From Podarcis vaucheri (lineage: Eukaryota), in the NCBI GenBank assembly GCA_965113315.1, contig OZ220364.1: a DNA stretch of 64,000 nucleotides. One strand, 5' to 3'. The translations under genes were made by a program, and so were the position numbers. The notes under the pieces were generated by a model. The model made no database searches and was not told the origin of the DNA. It saw only the letters and a list, made by a program, of their open reading frames with translations. This document shows, piece after piece, positions 50,111 through 63,913 of the stretch. Numbering within the stretch: the first letter of the stretch is position 1; each line of letters starts with the position of its first letter.

Positions 50111-50365
50111 GGAGGAGGAGTTTAGATGGAGGAGTTTAGATTTGATATCCCGCTTTATCACTACCCAAAGGAGTCTCAAAGTGGCTAACATTCTCCTTTC
50201 CCTTCCTCCTCCACAACAAATACTCTGTGAGGTGAGTGGGGCTGAGAGACTTCAGAGAAGTGTGACTAGCCCAAGGTCACCCAGCAGCTGCATGTGGAGG
50301 AGCAGGGAAGCGAACCCAGTTCACCAGATTACAAATCTACTGCTCTTAACCACTACACCACACTG
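50111..50365 (-). mobile_element. tRNA/CORE (MIR-like, Squam2-type) SINE
   Basis: CORE-like ctgtgaggtgagtggggctgagaga...cccaaggtcaccca; head ccagtgtggtgtagtggttaagag on -; (ggaggagtttagat) tail repeats. Confidence 0.8.
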
Positions 50366-50750
50366 GTTCACCCACACTGGGAGTGGGTGAAGCCCCTGTG
50401 CAGACACAATGAATGCCCACAACCACTGGAAACATTCATTTCAGTTTGTAGAAGGAGAGAGGAATATTTCCCAGGAATGACGGGAGAATTTAGATCACAT
50501 AAGAATGAAGGAAGCTGCCTCACACCAGGTCAGAGTTTTTGTCTTTCTTACCTAGCTTTGCCTACTCTTTAGTGGTAGTGGCTCTGAAAGGTCTCAGACA
50601 GCTTTGCCATCACCTTTGAGCTCCTTTGAATTAGAGCTGCCAGGGACTGAACCTGGAACCTTCTGCATGCAAAGCACATCCTCTACCACTGAGCTATGGT
50701 CCCTCTCCCAAAGCAGGACTGACTGCAAGGGGGCTGGGAAGGAAGCTCAC

Positions 50751-50826
50751 CTGGCAGACGAAGATTGACCACTCTGTCAAACAAGTTCCGCTCAGCTGTC
50801 ACACGATTCAGCACCTGATTTAGCAG
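50751..50826 (-). CDS. RNF123: RNF123 exon n-5 ([25 protein letters not shown])
   Basis: cccacag / CCAG|gtgagc; 76 bp. Confidence 0.96.
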
Positions 50827-52884
50827 CTGTGGGGAAGTAAGAAGAGATGGCAGGATGATTAAAGCAGAAGATGGAATTCTCTCTCTGCACACTTGCAGAG
50901 ATGCTCATATGTTACTCCTGATACTTTCCAGTCTGATCATCAGGGTTTAGACAACTCAATTCCCTCGGATTCAGAAATCTCTCTACAACAGCAGACACAA
51001 TATTGGGCACTGCATTGTAATAAGGTGTGCTGGGATACAGAAAGGGCCTTGAGGGTTGTTCCTTCCTTTATGCCCTGGAACTGTCTGCCTTTCAGACCCA
51101 CAATAGCAGAGGATGGTCTTCCAAGAACATATATTTTACAGCAGATGATGAGATACTAGATGGATGAATGATAATGCTCTATGTGGCCCTAGATTTCATG
51201 GTGTGGAGGATACCCATCAGCAGGGCTGCTCAGAAAAGAAATATGACAGGCCTCTCTGTGAACCATGAGAATGACAACAGACCTGAGCCTTCAGCAATAA
51301 CAGACTGAAAATGTGGCTCGGGTTGCATCAGCTCACATCTCAGGCTGTGGACACTTTCAATGAAAAAACTCTTAGAAGGCAAAACAGCTCTTAATTCCAT
51401 GGATGGATGGGGTCTCTTTCTAATAAGGAACCTTAGCACAAAGGTACATGCAAGGTTGTGCAGTGATATTTGATTTAAAGAAGTTGAGCAAAATGAGGTA
51501 ATAGCCAGCAGTGAGTCATCATTCCAGAGAGCAAGCTGATGCTTCAACTAGAATGTGACAGAATTCTGAAAGTGGCACCCAAATAACATTTAGCACATTG
51601 TTTTCCCCTCCAGGGAAAACTGCACTGAAGAAACAATTCATAAAAGCCTTTCAAAGAGTTAGTTTCAAAATTAAAACCTGACATTTTTGGTCAACCTATT
51701 TTCAAACACTGCACTGTAGTAGGTTGTGTGAACAAATATGAGTGGTTTGGTCACTTCATCTGCATGTAACTGCTTATAGGTGGTTCTGGTGTACCGCAAG
51801 CCTCTTTACATGGACAGTCATCGCATGACAACTCAAACTAGTTTCCAGATGGATCTGCTACAGTGACCCATGCAAGCAAGTCCCAAGTGACACACACACC
51901 TTGCCCTCCCCATCTTTAAGCATCAGTGTCTACATCTGTAAGTTTCATGTTCTCCATTATTACCTAATGGCTAATGGCTGTAAGATTTAGCATCTTCACT
52001 CAAGTTGGGCATGTAATCTTGCCAGGACATCTGCTGATCAACTGTCTGGTCATTTGGTGGCCAGGCTGACCATGGACAATGGAAATGGAACATGCAAGGC
52101 TACCTGTCTGGGCCTTTGGAATCTGATATTGTTGATGATGGTTGGTGTTTCAGCTTTGTGTTGCTATTTTTCCTTAATGAACTTATAATTTTGTTCTGTT
52201 TTATATTATATTACATTGTAAGCTGTGCTGACAGCCACCTTGTGCTCCAATCTGGAGCAAACAGGTGGAGGGATATGAAAACATTGAAATAAATGAATGA
52301 ATGAATTATTCTGTCTGTACTGGATGGGTCTGATGCATGGATAATGAAAACATGTGAGTATGAATTGATGCTTGACAGAAAATATGATTTACTAATACAT
52401 CATGCTTTAAAAGCTTTAAGTAAACCGTAGGGGGCATTAAGGCATTTGAAAAATGAAGCAAGGGCTGAAGCCCAGAGAAAGAGATTCTTAGGAATATCAT
52501 CGGGAAGGGGTACAGATTGGCTTATCCTTCCACTTCTTGAAATGTATGGCCGTCTTTACTCTGGAGTTCTTTTCCAGGAATAAATTACCAAAGAAGAAAA
52601 AGGGCAGTGAACTGGAGACCTTTATCTTGCTGCAGACATGCATACACACAATCTCTCAATAATCACTAACAGAGTAAGACAGTAGTGTGCGAGGGGAGGG
52701 GAGAGCCAGCCTGCAGTTTGTATAAGTTAGCTCCTAAACTTGCTGGTGACACATTCTTTTAGAATAATATAGTTCACACCGGAAACTGTGACTATGCCAA
52801 ATGACAGCACCCACATCCTCAGCTAAAAACCTTTGCCCCTTGCCATGTACCCAACCTAATGTTTTCCTGAGGAAAAGTGAGTAC

Positions 52885-53073
52885 CTGTGCAAGTCTCCTG
52901 AGTAATAGCTCTGATGAGGGGCGACTCCAGTCCAGGAAGATCTCAGGAGCCAGTGTGACTGTCATTTCCAAGACCCTGAGCAGGCTCACTGACAGGTCAA
53001 AGCACGTTGCACACACCTTCAACTGGCGACTGTCTACAAAGTTTCTTTCCAGGCGCTCTGCAGCTTGCTGGAT
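52885..53073 (-). CDS. RNF123: RNF123 exon n-6 ([28 protein letters not shown]...LRRLAQ)
   Basis: gggcag / CAG|gtactc; 189 bp. Confidence 0.96.
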
Positions 53074-53325
53074 CTGCCCAAGCAAAACAGATGCAGCTTA
53101 ATGTAAGATCTGGAAGGGGGAGCAGCTGTTCTCTTCACACCCGCCCCTAACTCTCCCCCTTTTCCAGTTCATGCACAAGTCAGCTCAATCCCAGCATCCC
53201 ACAAGAACTGTGCTGCAAACTGCTACTGACACTCAGTAAGGAAAGGACTTTTGTTTTTATCCTCCAGAATGACAGGCAGAGGCTTACTCCTTCAATCAGA
53301 TTTATTCCGGATCCAAAACTCTCAC

Positions 53326-53465
53326 CTCCTGAATCATGCCAATGAACTCTGAGAAGGCCCAGTTCAGCTGGTTAAGCACACTGTTGAGGAAACTGGGTGC
53401 CATTTCACGGTCACTCCGCAGCAGGTCCGCCATGTGTCGCTGCAGCAGGGTGGAGGGACAAGGCT
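53326..53465 (-). CDS. RNF123: RNF123 exon n-7 ([16 protein letters not shown]...[15 protein letters not shown])
   Basis: attccag / GAG|gtgaga; 140 bp. Confidence 0.96.
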
Positions 53466-54137
53466 CTGGAATGAAACAATAGCGGCTTCTTAAGAGGCCA
53501 CACTACTGGAAGGTGCTGGGCAGCTGCTGCCCAAGGCCAGCCTGTTTCACTGCCATCGTGTGGAAATGGGGAACAGTTTATAAGTTTATAAGTATGTGCC
53601 CCTTTCACTGCATTCAGCGTGGTTTTGCCTCTCAAAAATCACAAGGAATTCTTGGAGCCTCCTCCCAGCAGAGGCCCTCTTTACAATAAGTAGAGGCGGC
53701 AGCTGCCCTCCAAGGCCAGCTCTCACACATGGACTATTCTGAGCCTGTCCCGTCTCCAAGGCCCGGAGCTCTTTGCCATAATGCCGGTCTGAATTAGCTG
53801 GGATGTGGTCATGCACATTTGCTGTCTCTCTGCAAGTAAGAAGCTGTGCCCTGCAACTGAGCTCAAGCCAAGCATCCCTCCTGCTCATCCCCACAATGCC
53901 CTAGGTCGGCTCAGCACTAATCTCTCCTGAAAGCAGCATCACAGTAGCTCCCTAGCAGGGAATCAGCACCCAAGACAGACAGTCCCACTCCTCTCTGCCA
54001 GCATGGCACATGTTCACACTTGTTTGTCCATTTCCGATCAGGGCGAGAAATCTAAAGGGGAGGAGGAATTAAACCCAACTCTTTTCCAGCCTGCCAATGG
54101 AACCCAAAAGCAAGCCCGAAACAGAGGTGCATTTTAA

Positions 54138-54140
<3 letters not shown>

Positions 54141-54180
<40 letters not shown>
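54141..54180. repeat. (GT)20 microsatellite
   Basis: Read directly from the sequence. Confidence 0.97.
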
Positions 54181-54182
<2 letters not shown>

Positions 54183-56949
54183 GCTACAGGAACTTTGCTA
54201 GCTCTCATTAATAAGTCCTCCTCATCAGAGTCTAAAAGGAGAGCCATTTGTTTCCTCACTTCCCTTAGACACAGGGGCTAAGGTAAAACTTTTCACAATG
54301 GAACTATAACCCAGCAGCAGATACTACTGACATCACTAGGACTGCAGCAGTGAAAAAAGAAATCTGAGATACACTGATGGCACCCCACCCCAGGAGCACA
54401 CCTTACATCACTTTCCCCTCCTTTGGAACATGCTAGAGATCAGATGTAAACCAGGAGGAAGCTGTCAGGCAGAGTCGGATTATCTAAGCTTCAGTTTGGC
54501 ACTGAAATGAAATCCCTGCCAAATGAGAATCCCAAAGTGACACACATGTGAGAGCACTGCTTGCTTTCAAGAGAATGCAGCTGAAAGGCTCACATCTGTG
54601 AGAATAAGATTTAAGAGCTCTTCTAGCCAACCTCTTAACAGCAGGACCTATAACTCAAGGCTCACAAAACTAGCCAGTAGAGGACTAAGCTAGAAGGATG
54701 TACGTGCATGTTCTCCTCTCTTAGGAGCCAGCCAAACAAAAGTTACTAAAGGGGGCCCTAGACAGGAAATGAGCATGAGTTGTCCCTTAATAAACTGAGG
54801 CTGGAGAGCAGATGACAACTAATCACTGGTGTGCCCCTAAATTGCCCATCAGCATTAGGCAAGCATAGCAGTAACTCAGGCACAAAAGGCGAGGGATTGT
54901 AACAGGACAGGCAGAGAGGTGAGCTGACTTTCACATTCAGATATTCCACCCCAAGTAATGGCCAGACCACACCTGATATGTCTTCCATTGTCTGTGCTCC
55001 AATCTCTCCCTGCAGCATCACAAAGACCTGAGAGAGAGGGGTGGACTCGGCCCCTCTAGGGCAGTGTCCCAAGGACAGCTGGTAAATAGGCTCCTTTCAA
55101 TTAACTTGATATTAATTATTCATTCAAGTACACCTCAAAATAGCAGAAAGCAGGATCACTAGCCAAAGGATCCTGTGCCCTGTCTTAGACCTTTCGGAGC
55201 CACATGGAGGAAATCACTGGCAGACAGTGATGACCTTGCCGACACCTAGAAAAGTGAACCCAATTGCATAGGTGTCCCAAGATCATTCAATGACCGCACC
55301 CCCAGAGATGGAGTTTCATGACAGCCTCAGCAAAAACAGCCAGCTTATTAGCCTGCAGAACTGGGCCAGAACTGGAGCTAGCAGTTTCAGGGAAGCTGTA
55401 TCTGCTCAACCTTTCTGTTCCCTGTTGTGTCCGTCTTTTCAGAAGGAGAAGTGTGTAAAAAAAAAAAAAAAAGTGGAATGGAGAAGAATAAAGAGGAAAA
55501 GGACAGTTGACACCACAGCCACAAGGGGAAACTGCTATGGAGAGCACATTAACAGCACCTACACATATTTGCTGTGCACTCGTAATATTCCCTCCAAACT
55601 AAAGGGAGATGCATACTTAACCACCCACCCTGAGGCACATTTGACAGGTCGCCATGACAAACATTTGGATGGCTCTTAGGACCATCACTTGGTGCAGCCA
55701 GACTCATCCCGCTTTATCTTTCTACCCCATCATTTCCAAAGGACTGGCTTGTGCACCAAGGGTGGGAGGGGAAAAGGCTCTACTAGAGGGCTATAAAACT
55801 ATGTCACCACCATACAAAGGGAAGACAACAGGAAACTTACTCTGGAAACTAGCAACAGAGAGATCTCCTGGGCCCCCAAAAAAGCAGAAAAGAAAAAAGC
55901 AAAACAAAACAAAGAGAGAAACATTATAGATGCAAATTTTCTTAGAAGGGTCAAGCAGGTGTTACTATTGCCACCTTCTGCTGGGCTGTGAGGTTAGTCA
56001 TTCTGTCCCGGCATTATACGCTCCCTCAGAGAAAGAGTGCAGGACCAACTCATAACTTGCCATCTACTCAGCAACACAGATGCCATCATTCTCTTCACTA
56101 GATCAGTAACTACAGAGGAGAAGCCAAAGCTCCCCCTACAGCTTGTAACTGGAGTCTCTCAGAGATCCTCGCCATGCTGGATATAAAGCCATTCTGAGTA
56201 CTGTGGTAACACTGGGAGACCAGCCTGATTACTAAACCATGGCTGCCATAAGTGAGTGGCAAATGCCTCAGAACAAAGTAGGACTAACATTCACAGAAGA
56301 GGACTAGCTCAGAGCTGCAAGAGAAGCACTGCCTGCTGGATCCAATGTACCACCAATGCCGATCAACTTGATTTCCTTAGAAAAATCAATTTTACTCCTT
56401 AAAGCTATAACCTGGTGTGCCTTTGGGGATGCTTTAACACTTTGTCAATTTATGCCTGATCTGGCCATATGCTGCTAAAATGTTTTGTTTCCTATAAATA
56501 TACACCAGAGCTTTCTTGGTCATCACCTAGTGAACCAGTGAAAACAATCAGGGTGATCACAATTATATGGAGGTGGGGTTTTTTTTAAGGTTTTGCACTC
56601 AAAAATAGAAGAGAGCTGGGTCAGGAAGTTAATAAGAAACTTTTCACCCTGAGTTTGCCACACACATTTAAGTTAGGGACAGAGACAACTTATTTATATT
56701 ACATGGCATCAGGAGCCCTCTAGCTCCCAGACATGCTGGGTCCCAGCAGTTACACAGACAGGATCCACTGGTGCCGATTATTGTGCCAACAGACAGCAGC
56801 AGTGTGGGGGCACCACACAACAGGATCCTGCCCTTCTGGTACCAGAGTCAACAGCTAACCAGATTAGGATAAGCTCAGTTGCAGGACTGCATTTACCCAC
56901 AAGCTGTATTGGCAAAGCAACACATCTCCACTCCCTATCCCCCACTCAC

Positions 56950-57034
56950 TCTGCAAGCTGGGGAGATTGGCATCTTCTGGCTTGGTTTTCAGGAGGTGAG
57001 GAAGCCGTGTGTACCTGTATCCAAATCCACAGCC
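56950..57034 (-). CDS. RNF123: RNF123 exon n-8 ([28 protein letters not shown])
   Basis: cctgtag / CAGA|gtgagt; 85 bp. Confidence 0.96.
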
Positions 57035-57247
57035 CTACAGGAGAGGGGGGGAAGGGAGAAATGTCTGCTTAGAAGACCTCGCATTATCTCCCAACAAGGA
57101 ACATGGAGACCCTCTTGCCAGAAGCAGGTAACAAAGTTCAAACAAGAAGTTAAGGGAAAGTTCAAACACAGGGGAAACCACTGGTTTTAAAACTACAAGC
57201 TGGAAATTCTGAACAAAATGTGAAGGCAGAGGGTTATCTGTTCTTAC

Positions 57248-57335
57248 TCGCCACAGTCGTACAAGGATCCAGTTGGTCTGGGCCCAGGGTCTTTGCTCAT
57301 AGGGGGCCAGCAGGTTCTTCATCATAGATATTCGC
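57248..57335 (-). CDS. RNF123: RNF123 exon n-9 ([29 protein letters not shown])
   Basis: tggcag / CGA|gtaaga; 88 bp. Confidence 0.96.
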
Positions 57336-57606
57336 CTGCCAGAGTAAAACAAACAAGTCAGCCAACCACCATGAAAACAGCACCAAGGTTAAAAAGTGGG
57401 GGTTCGGGAAGGATTCAAGGCAAGATGTTTAATTTACTTGAGAGGGAAGAATCAGAAGTGCAATGTGAGGAAACACGGGGAGCAGCAGCTTCCACACAAA
57501 AGGGATTGTAAGTATAGGAGTCATGCCTGGTTCAGAGAAGAAGAGAGAAATAATCCTCTTCCAGGACATATAATATTTTTCAGGAATGGTGAAACCAAGA
57601 ACTTAC

Positions 57607-57694
57607 TGCAGTTCTGGAATCCTCTCTACAGCACGGAGTGAGTGTGGGTAGCAAACATAGCTGGCCAATGCCTGCATTAGGGAGTCTCTGATGT
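57607..57694 (-). CDS. RNF123: RNF123 exon n-10 ([30 protein letters not shown])
   Basis: attcag / CA|gtaagt; 88 bp. Confidence 0.96.
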
Positions 57695-58324
57695 CTGAAT
57701 ATGGAAACAAGACAGAATGTAAGTGGAGTAGGGATAATAGGGACACAGATTGCCAGAAAAATACTTCAGATATTGTGGTGCAATTGCATACTTAGGGTTG
57801 CCATACGTCTGGGATTTCCTGGACATATTCAGAACACTGCAGTGGGCAGTAGTGTCTGGGCGGAAATCGGAAAAATGTGCAGTAAAATTCAGACGTATGG
57901 CAACCCATGTCAGTAGTGCCATTGTTGCTGATTTTCCATAAATATAGCTCAAATACTGCATTTTTTGTGATTTTGCAAAAGAAAAAGAAAAAGAAAAGCT
58001 CAGCAACTTTCCTGTCTGGATTTTCACAGTGTGAAATATGGCAAGCTTAGCTTACTACAGTTACAGGACTAGTAAGCAGGACAGGATATAAAGACAAATG
58101 TCAAACCCAAAAATAATAATTGAGTTCTGCAATGATCTGAGGTGTTAAAAACATTAGAAACAGAGACCCTTACTATTCAAGAAGTATCAAGTAGAAATAA
58201 AATAAAAAATCAGCAAGCATGAGCTTAATTTTCTTTCCCCCAATCACATATGCATGTGCGCACGCATGTACACACATAACACCTACAGCCCAGCATGACC
58301 TCTGGAAAACAGGAGCTGCCTTAC

Positions 58325-58399
58325 CAGTTCCCACAATCCTTGAATCAGCAAAGTGCTTGGCTAAAATGGCAGCGAGGTGAGTCAAAGTCTCTTCGTAGC
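58325..58399 (-). CDS. RNF123: RNF123 exon n-11 ([25 protein letters not shown])
   Basis: ttttcag / ACTG|gtaagg; 75 bp. Confidence 0.96.
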
Positions 58400-60349
58400 C
58401 TGAAAAGAAAAAGTTCAGAATATCAGGATGCAGGAAAAAAAAAACCCACAGCTATAGGATATAGCAGCTGCAGCAGAATGAATTTCTAGAATGAGCTTTC
58501 AGATTTACAGAGAGAAAACACGGTCCAAGTATGGAGGATGGGCTACCACTTGTCTGAGTCTCTAGCAGGCAAGTCAGGAATCCAGCTTAAAGTTTAAGAG
58601 AATGATGACAGGAAGTCTGCACAGCAGCATTTGGTGTTGCCAACTTTACCTTACCACTTAACCAGAAGCATCGGAAGTAAGTGGGAATGTCCTTAGAAGT
58701 TCTTTTACACACCTGGTCAGAAAGCAGCCATGCAGGCTGTGGACTGGGTTCATCCCTTTAAGTAGTATAGGCTTTCTGAGACATGCAGATAATCAATACA
58801 GGAGTAGCAGTTGTTGAATCTGATAAAATTAGCCTAGACACTTCCCTACAGTTGAGCAAATTCTTAGCAATAATATACAGTAGTCCCTTTGTATTAGGAC
58901 TAATACCCTCATAACGCAGCTAAAATAGGAATACTGAACTGTGTTATGGAGCAGCTTTGGGGTAGACAGAAGAATAAAGATTGGGGAAATTGTAGATGGG
59001 ATGGGGGTTAAAAACCTATTTCCCAGTGCTGTAGCTCTGATCTAAAATCCACCACAAGCTTTCGACATTTGAGGTGGGGGGGGGGAGGGGACAATCCAAT
59101 CACAGATCTCCTGGTGTCATATCTGGTTTCAACCCCAAAATGAAAGAGATTGTGGCTCTCATAGAGTACCATCTACAGAGAAATGCAGTATGCTGAAATA
59201 CACTGCCTCACTTCCAAAAAACTTGCAGCCAAAAAGGGCTCTTGGCAGAGCAATTTCAGATGGAGGAGTTTGGAATAACAAAATAGATCTTCCAAACCAG
59301 TTTTCATAATTACATCTCCAGGGCCAGACTGCACAACGCCTGCTCTGACACAAATGACAGTATTTTCTCACCCTTCACAGTACTTCAAAAAGGAGGAAAT
59401 GTATTTTGCATATATTTCCAAAACAACGTAACTGCAGGCTGAGGGCAGAAAACACAACCCAATCCAAAATCAGAGAGAACAAACAAGCATAATCACTGGA
59501 ATTTGAGGAGGCAAAAAAATGATGTAAGCAGGAAGGCTTGATTTGTATGCTTTGCTTGAGCAGTTCTTGATAGTCAATATGATGCAGTTGTTTAACATAA
59601 TTACGCCATGAAGTTGCATAGTGAGAATGGCTATTTTCTACATGTTTTGCTACTCTTGCCCTGCAAAATTGCTAAATGACTTTTAATGAAATTCTAAAAA
59701 CTGTACACAAAGGTCCTTTATGACTGCAACCCTTCAAAAAGGGGATCACTAAAATTACCAGGCGCTGCAGTGTTTCAGGGTAACACCACTCAGATAATGT
59801 ATAAATACTAAAAAGTTATTAGGTTTAAGGTTAGGCAGTCAGGCTTAATAGCATTTAATCAACTTCAGGATGCAGCAGCAAACAATGCTTGTTATAGCTT
59901 GCACTAGGCATTATCAAGATGAGAAACCCGGTGACCCAGACTGTAGTTTTGTGTGTGTGGAGGGCAGGACAATTGTGTGAGCAAGTTAAACAGCACCTAA
60001 TGTGATTAGAAAGTTGAGTACCACTCAAGAGTATCCCCAACTTTTACTCAACAGTAGACCTACTGAATTAATGAACGTGACTAAGTTAGGTCTATAATTT
60101 CAATAAGTTTACTCTGAGTAAAGCTTGGTTGAATACTACCCCACAACACAGCCAGCACATTTTCAAAACACACATTTACAACCACTAGGGCACGTTAAGC
60201 TAAGGTTCTTTGCAACCCAAATTCTGTGCAGCGTGCAATATTCTGTGTGGAGTTCTTATCCCTTTTCTCTTGTGCATTGAATTCTATACGCAAAATTACA
60301 GATGGTCCTGCTCAGAGGCCCTCTCCGGTTCCCTCCTTCTCCTCCTCAC

Positions 60350-60527
60350 CTGGAAGCTCTTCCATGCTGTTGACAGGACTGAAGTAGTTCTTGAGAGCAC
60401 TGTAGCTATTCATAGCCACACTCAGATAAAATTCTGGCATAAAAGCAAAGAGCGAACCAATCCTGTCTCCATGCTCAATAGTGCGGATGCATACCCGTAG
60501 CAGCCAGTATATATCTTGCATCTTCTC
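60350..60527 (-). CDS. RNF123: RNF123 exon n-12 ([13 protein letters not shown]...FMPEFYL...MEELP)
   Basis: ttttcag / CCAG|gtgagg; 178 bp. Confidence 0.96.
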
Positions 60528-61003
60528 CTGAAAAGAAGCAATTCCTAGTCAGTTTGTATCTCAATTGGCATGAAATAATATACCTAAGTGCAGGGGCAGG
60601 GAACCTGTGGTCCAGCAGATGTTGTTGGACTCCAATGCCCATCAGCCTCAGACAGCATGGCTAACCATCTGGGATGAGGCAAGTTGTAGTTCAGCAACAC
60701 TGGGGGGCCCACAGGTTCCCCACACCCAGATCAGAGTAAATACTACTGAGGAAATAAAAGAAAAGGAGGTCAACAATTTTGTGCAAAAGCAGGAAAAATG
60801 CAGATGAATTCACTGCTAAAACGCAAGATTTTTCTTTAATAAAAATGAACTTTACCAGGATTTATTAACAGAAGTACAACATACAAGACTTGGGAAGAAA
60901 TGGTACAGCTCTATTCAGCATTGGCCAGGCCAGAACTGGAATTTATGGCCCAAGCTTAGGTGAGGCACCTCACTGATATTATATGTACTACTTTCCTTCT
61001 CAC

Positions 61004-61111
61004 CTTTGAATAAATGGTAACGTTGATCCAAGCAAGTCGGCGACTCAGGTGATTAAGTTTCTCTGAGAAAACCTTCTGACTTTTCTCCAGTTCATCATGG
61101 ATGTCTCTTCT
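61004..61111 (-). CDS. RNF123: RNF123 exon n-13 ([36 protein letters not shown])
   Basis: aattcag / AAG|gtgaga; 108 bp. Confidence 0.95.
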
Positions 61112-61865
61112 CTGAATTGGACACAGAGGGTGGGGGATGAAGAGCAATGGTGCATATGTTTTCCTGCTTTCAGAAGCATGTACACAGCAAGTCCAGTACT
61201 TCACAAAAGCCTTACCACAATCACAGGATGTTCTTTTAATGTTCAGGAAAAGCATGAGCTGCCATGGTCTGCTTCCCAAGGGGGTCATCCTTACACAGAG
61301 ATCGGGTATACCATGGAGTCCCAGGCACACTTTGGCTAGCTACAGTGCACACAACTTTTTACACCTAGCAACATCCAAGGAATCTTAACAGGAGGCAGTC
61401 TTGACACCAGTTCCACATTAGACACACCACCACAGAAGTTGAGAATCTATTCCAGTGGTACCTTGGAAAGCAACTTCATTTAACAACTGCTCACACATGA
61501 ACAGTGTAACACAGGAGACAAGAACTGATGCAAATTCATGACTCCCCTTCCACAAAGATAAAAACCATGTTTTGATGGAAAGGGAGCCAAAATCTTGCAG
61601 GAGTGTGTGGCTCCGAAGTTTACTTTAACACTCAAGGTGTCGTTGTTGTTTTAATCATTAATCATTAACTACACAAAACAACCATCCTATTTTAGCTAAA
61701 TGGAGAATTAGCCACCATTGCTTCTCAGTCTGCCTTCAGAAAATCAGTGAGAGCAATAGAGTGCTGCTCAGCACCTGAATGATTCTCAAGAAAGAGAACA
61801 GCTTGCAGGCAATATAGGCCTATTTTAAGGGAGAGTGAATATAACTATCCCCGTGTTATTCTTAC

Positions 61866-61949
61866 CCTCTTTGGGCATCGGCTAATCTTTTCTTCAGTGT
61901 CTTTCAGTGCCATAGCATACTCATTCACATCATCGGAAACACCTACCAT
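61866..61949 (-). CDS. RNF123: RNF123 exon n-14 ([28 protein letters not shown])
   Basis: gttttag / AGG|gtaaga; 84 bp. Confidence 0.96.
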
Positions 61950-62684
61950 CTAAAACACAAATAAGGGTCAGTAGTACCAGCTAGAGCTTTTCTGTACAGG
62001 TTATAGCACATACTGGATTATTTTCCAAACACTTAACTTGTGGCAGCATCAATACATTGCAGGGCCCAACTCCACAATGAGCCCCTCCCACCAGTCGCTT
62101 TCCTGGAGACAGATTTTCAGCTGACGGCCTATAGCAGAACTACGTAAGATGGCAGCAGACAGACCCACACCTCTGAAGGTGGGAGACTGCCAAAAGGCAG
62201 TAAAGCAGCAGGAGGCAGGGCAATTTCCCACAGAAAATTGGCAACTCTTGTTCTGTCAGCCGCTATCCCTGCTAAAGCTCTTCTCCCTCAAGGCTATTCC
62301 CTTGCAGCTAGACTCACTGCCAATCACAGATCTCTGCTTTGGGAAGGGGGAAAGAAGCAGCTGCAAGTGGGATACCAGTGAAGGGAATGGGGATCAGCAT
62401 CCCTTCTCACACCTGCTACTCCTCAGAAGGAAATACATGCACATCTATTGTGTTACTGCTGAGTGGTGGCCAACCATGTTCAGAAAGTGCAGGTCTGCCA
62501 CCAAAGGGTGTAGTTCCACCCAAAAGCAGAATGCAAGCAAGCATCGTGAGCTGGTATGGTGGCTGCAATCAAAAGCGCCCCACCCTCTCCCAGTGGGCCA
62601 TGGTGTCTTTGTTAGTGTGAGTTCCAATCCCAGTTGTGAGAATGGGACAGGACTGAAAACTCCCCTGAAATGAATCCTGCTCAC

Positions 62685-62830
62685 CTTACCAAGCTGCTGG
62701 TGCACGCTGAGGTTGTACATCATGACTATTCCATCCAAGATTTCCAAAAGAGAATTCTCAGTGATTGGTTGCTCTGGCTCTTCGGCAGGTCTCCCCAGTA
62801 AAAGGCCCTCATTTCCATGGCTGCCTTCAA
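62685..62830 (-). CDS. RNF123: RNF123 exon n-15 ([15 protein letters not shown]...[11 protein letters not shown])
   Basis: atgacag / AAG|gtgagc; 146 bp. Confidence 0.96.
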
Positions 62831-63868
62831 CTGTCATAAAAACAATGAAACATCCATCACTGTGAAGAAAATGGAACTAAGGCTGGTCTGGTATTCTCTC
62901 TTTTTTAACCATAAAGTTTTGTTAGCCTTTCTGTTCTGAAGGAAAACTTGAACAAACAGCTACCTCAAGTCACCAGACATTTTAGTTCAGCTGGTTCTGT
63001 TTTGAGGCATATGGACTATGTCTTTGAACCTACATTTATCCTTCTGAGCCTCATCATCCTGCAGTTTTGTTTACTAAAATAATTAAATATAACTTATTTA
63101 ACACTGTTTACTCCCAGATCATTTGCACTGGCTACACAGTTCTGTTGCTTAGAAAGCACATAGCTTGAATTACAATCGTAGTCCTTTACAACAAATCCAG
63201 GCATGGGCTAGCATACAGGTAGAAATCCTTTCCCTCAGTTAGAAGGCAGAACTTCGGGCTGAAATTATCTACCTACCAATAAATAATTATTAGAGGATCA
63301 CAGAGCGATTTGCAGCATAAAAACACAAAAAATGCCTAATAACAAAGAAAACAATAACCACTATGACCCTACATTTGTTATCATTTTGTAAACACCTGAT
63401 CATGTTGAGAAGTCCAGTTGCTGTAATGATCTAAGCACTGTAAATGATTCAAGAGAGCTCTTATCTACAGTACCAATTATGAATTTAGGATGGTTGAGAA
63501 CAATGAAGAACAGCTACAAGATACAAGAGACTTGCAAGACTATTGCTACCTTCAGATCTGGACCATTGTTTTAAAAAGAAAATGTTAACAAAATTTACCC
63601 AAACCCTACACAACCTGGAAATTACTGAATACATTAAAATTAAGGAACATGATTGGCAGCCACTCTCTTCTCATGGATTTCTTTGGAAAAACATTATTGC
63701 ATAATATGTTTATGAAGAGCAACTGTCTGGAATTATAATGCTATTTCTGGAATACTACCACTCCCTCCTCCCTCCTCTCGCCTTGTATCCTTCTCCCCCC
63801 TCCCTTTCTTGCTTTGATCTCTTCTCTCTTTTGTTGTTATTATTATTGCTTTTTGTGTATTAGAAAGG

Positions 63869-63870
<2 letters not shown>

Positions 63871-63906
<36 letters not shown>
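63871..63906. repeat. (TA)18 microsatellite
   Basis: Read directly from the sequence. Confidence 0.97.

Positions 63907-63913
<7 letters not shown>

Noticed and set aside
49887-50390. 167-aa ORF
   Set aside because: Runs through a CORE-type SINE in antisense; no domain.
62149-62673. 174-aa ATG-initiated ORF on +
   Set aside because: Antisense within an RNF123 intron; no recognisable domain, promoter or polyA support.
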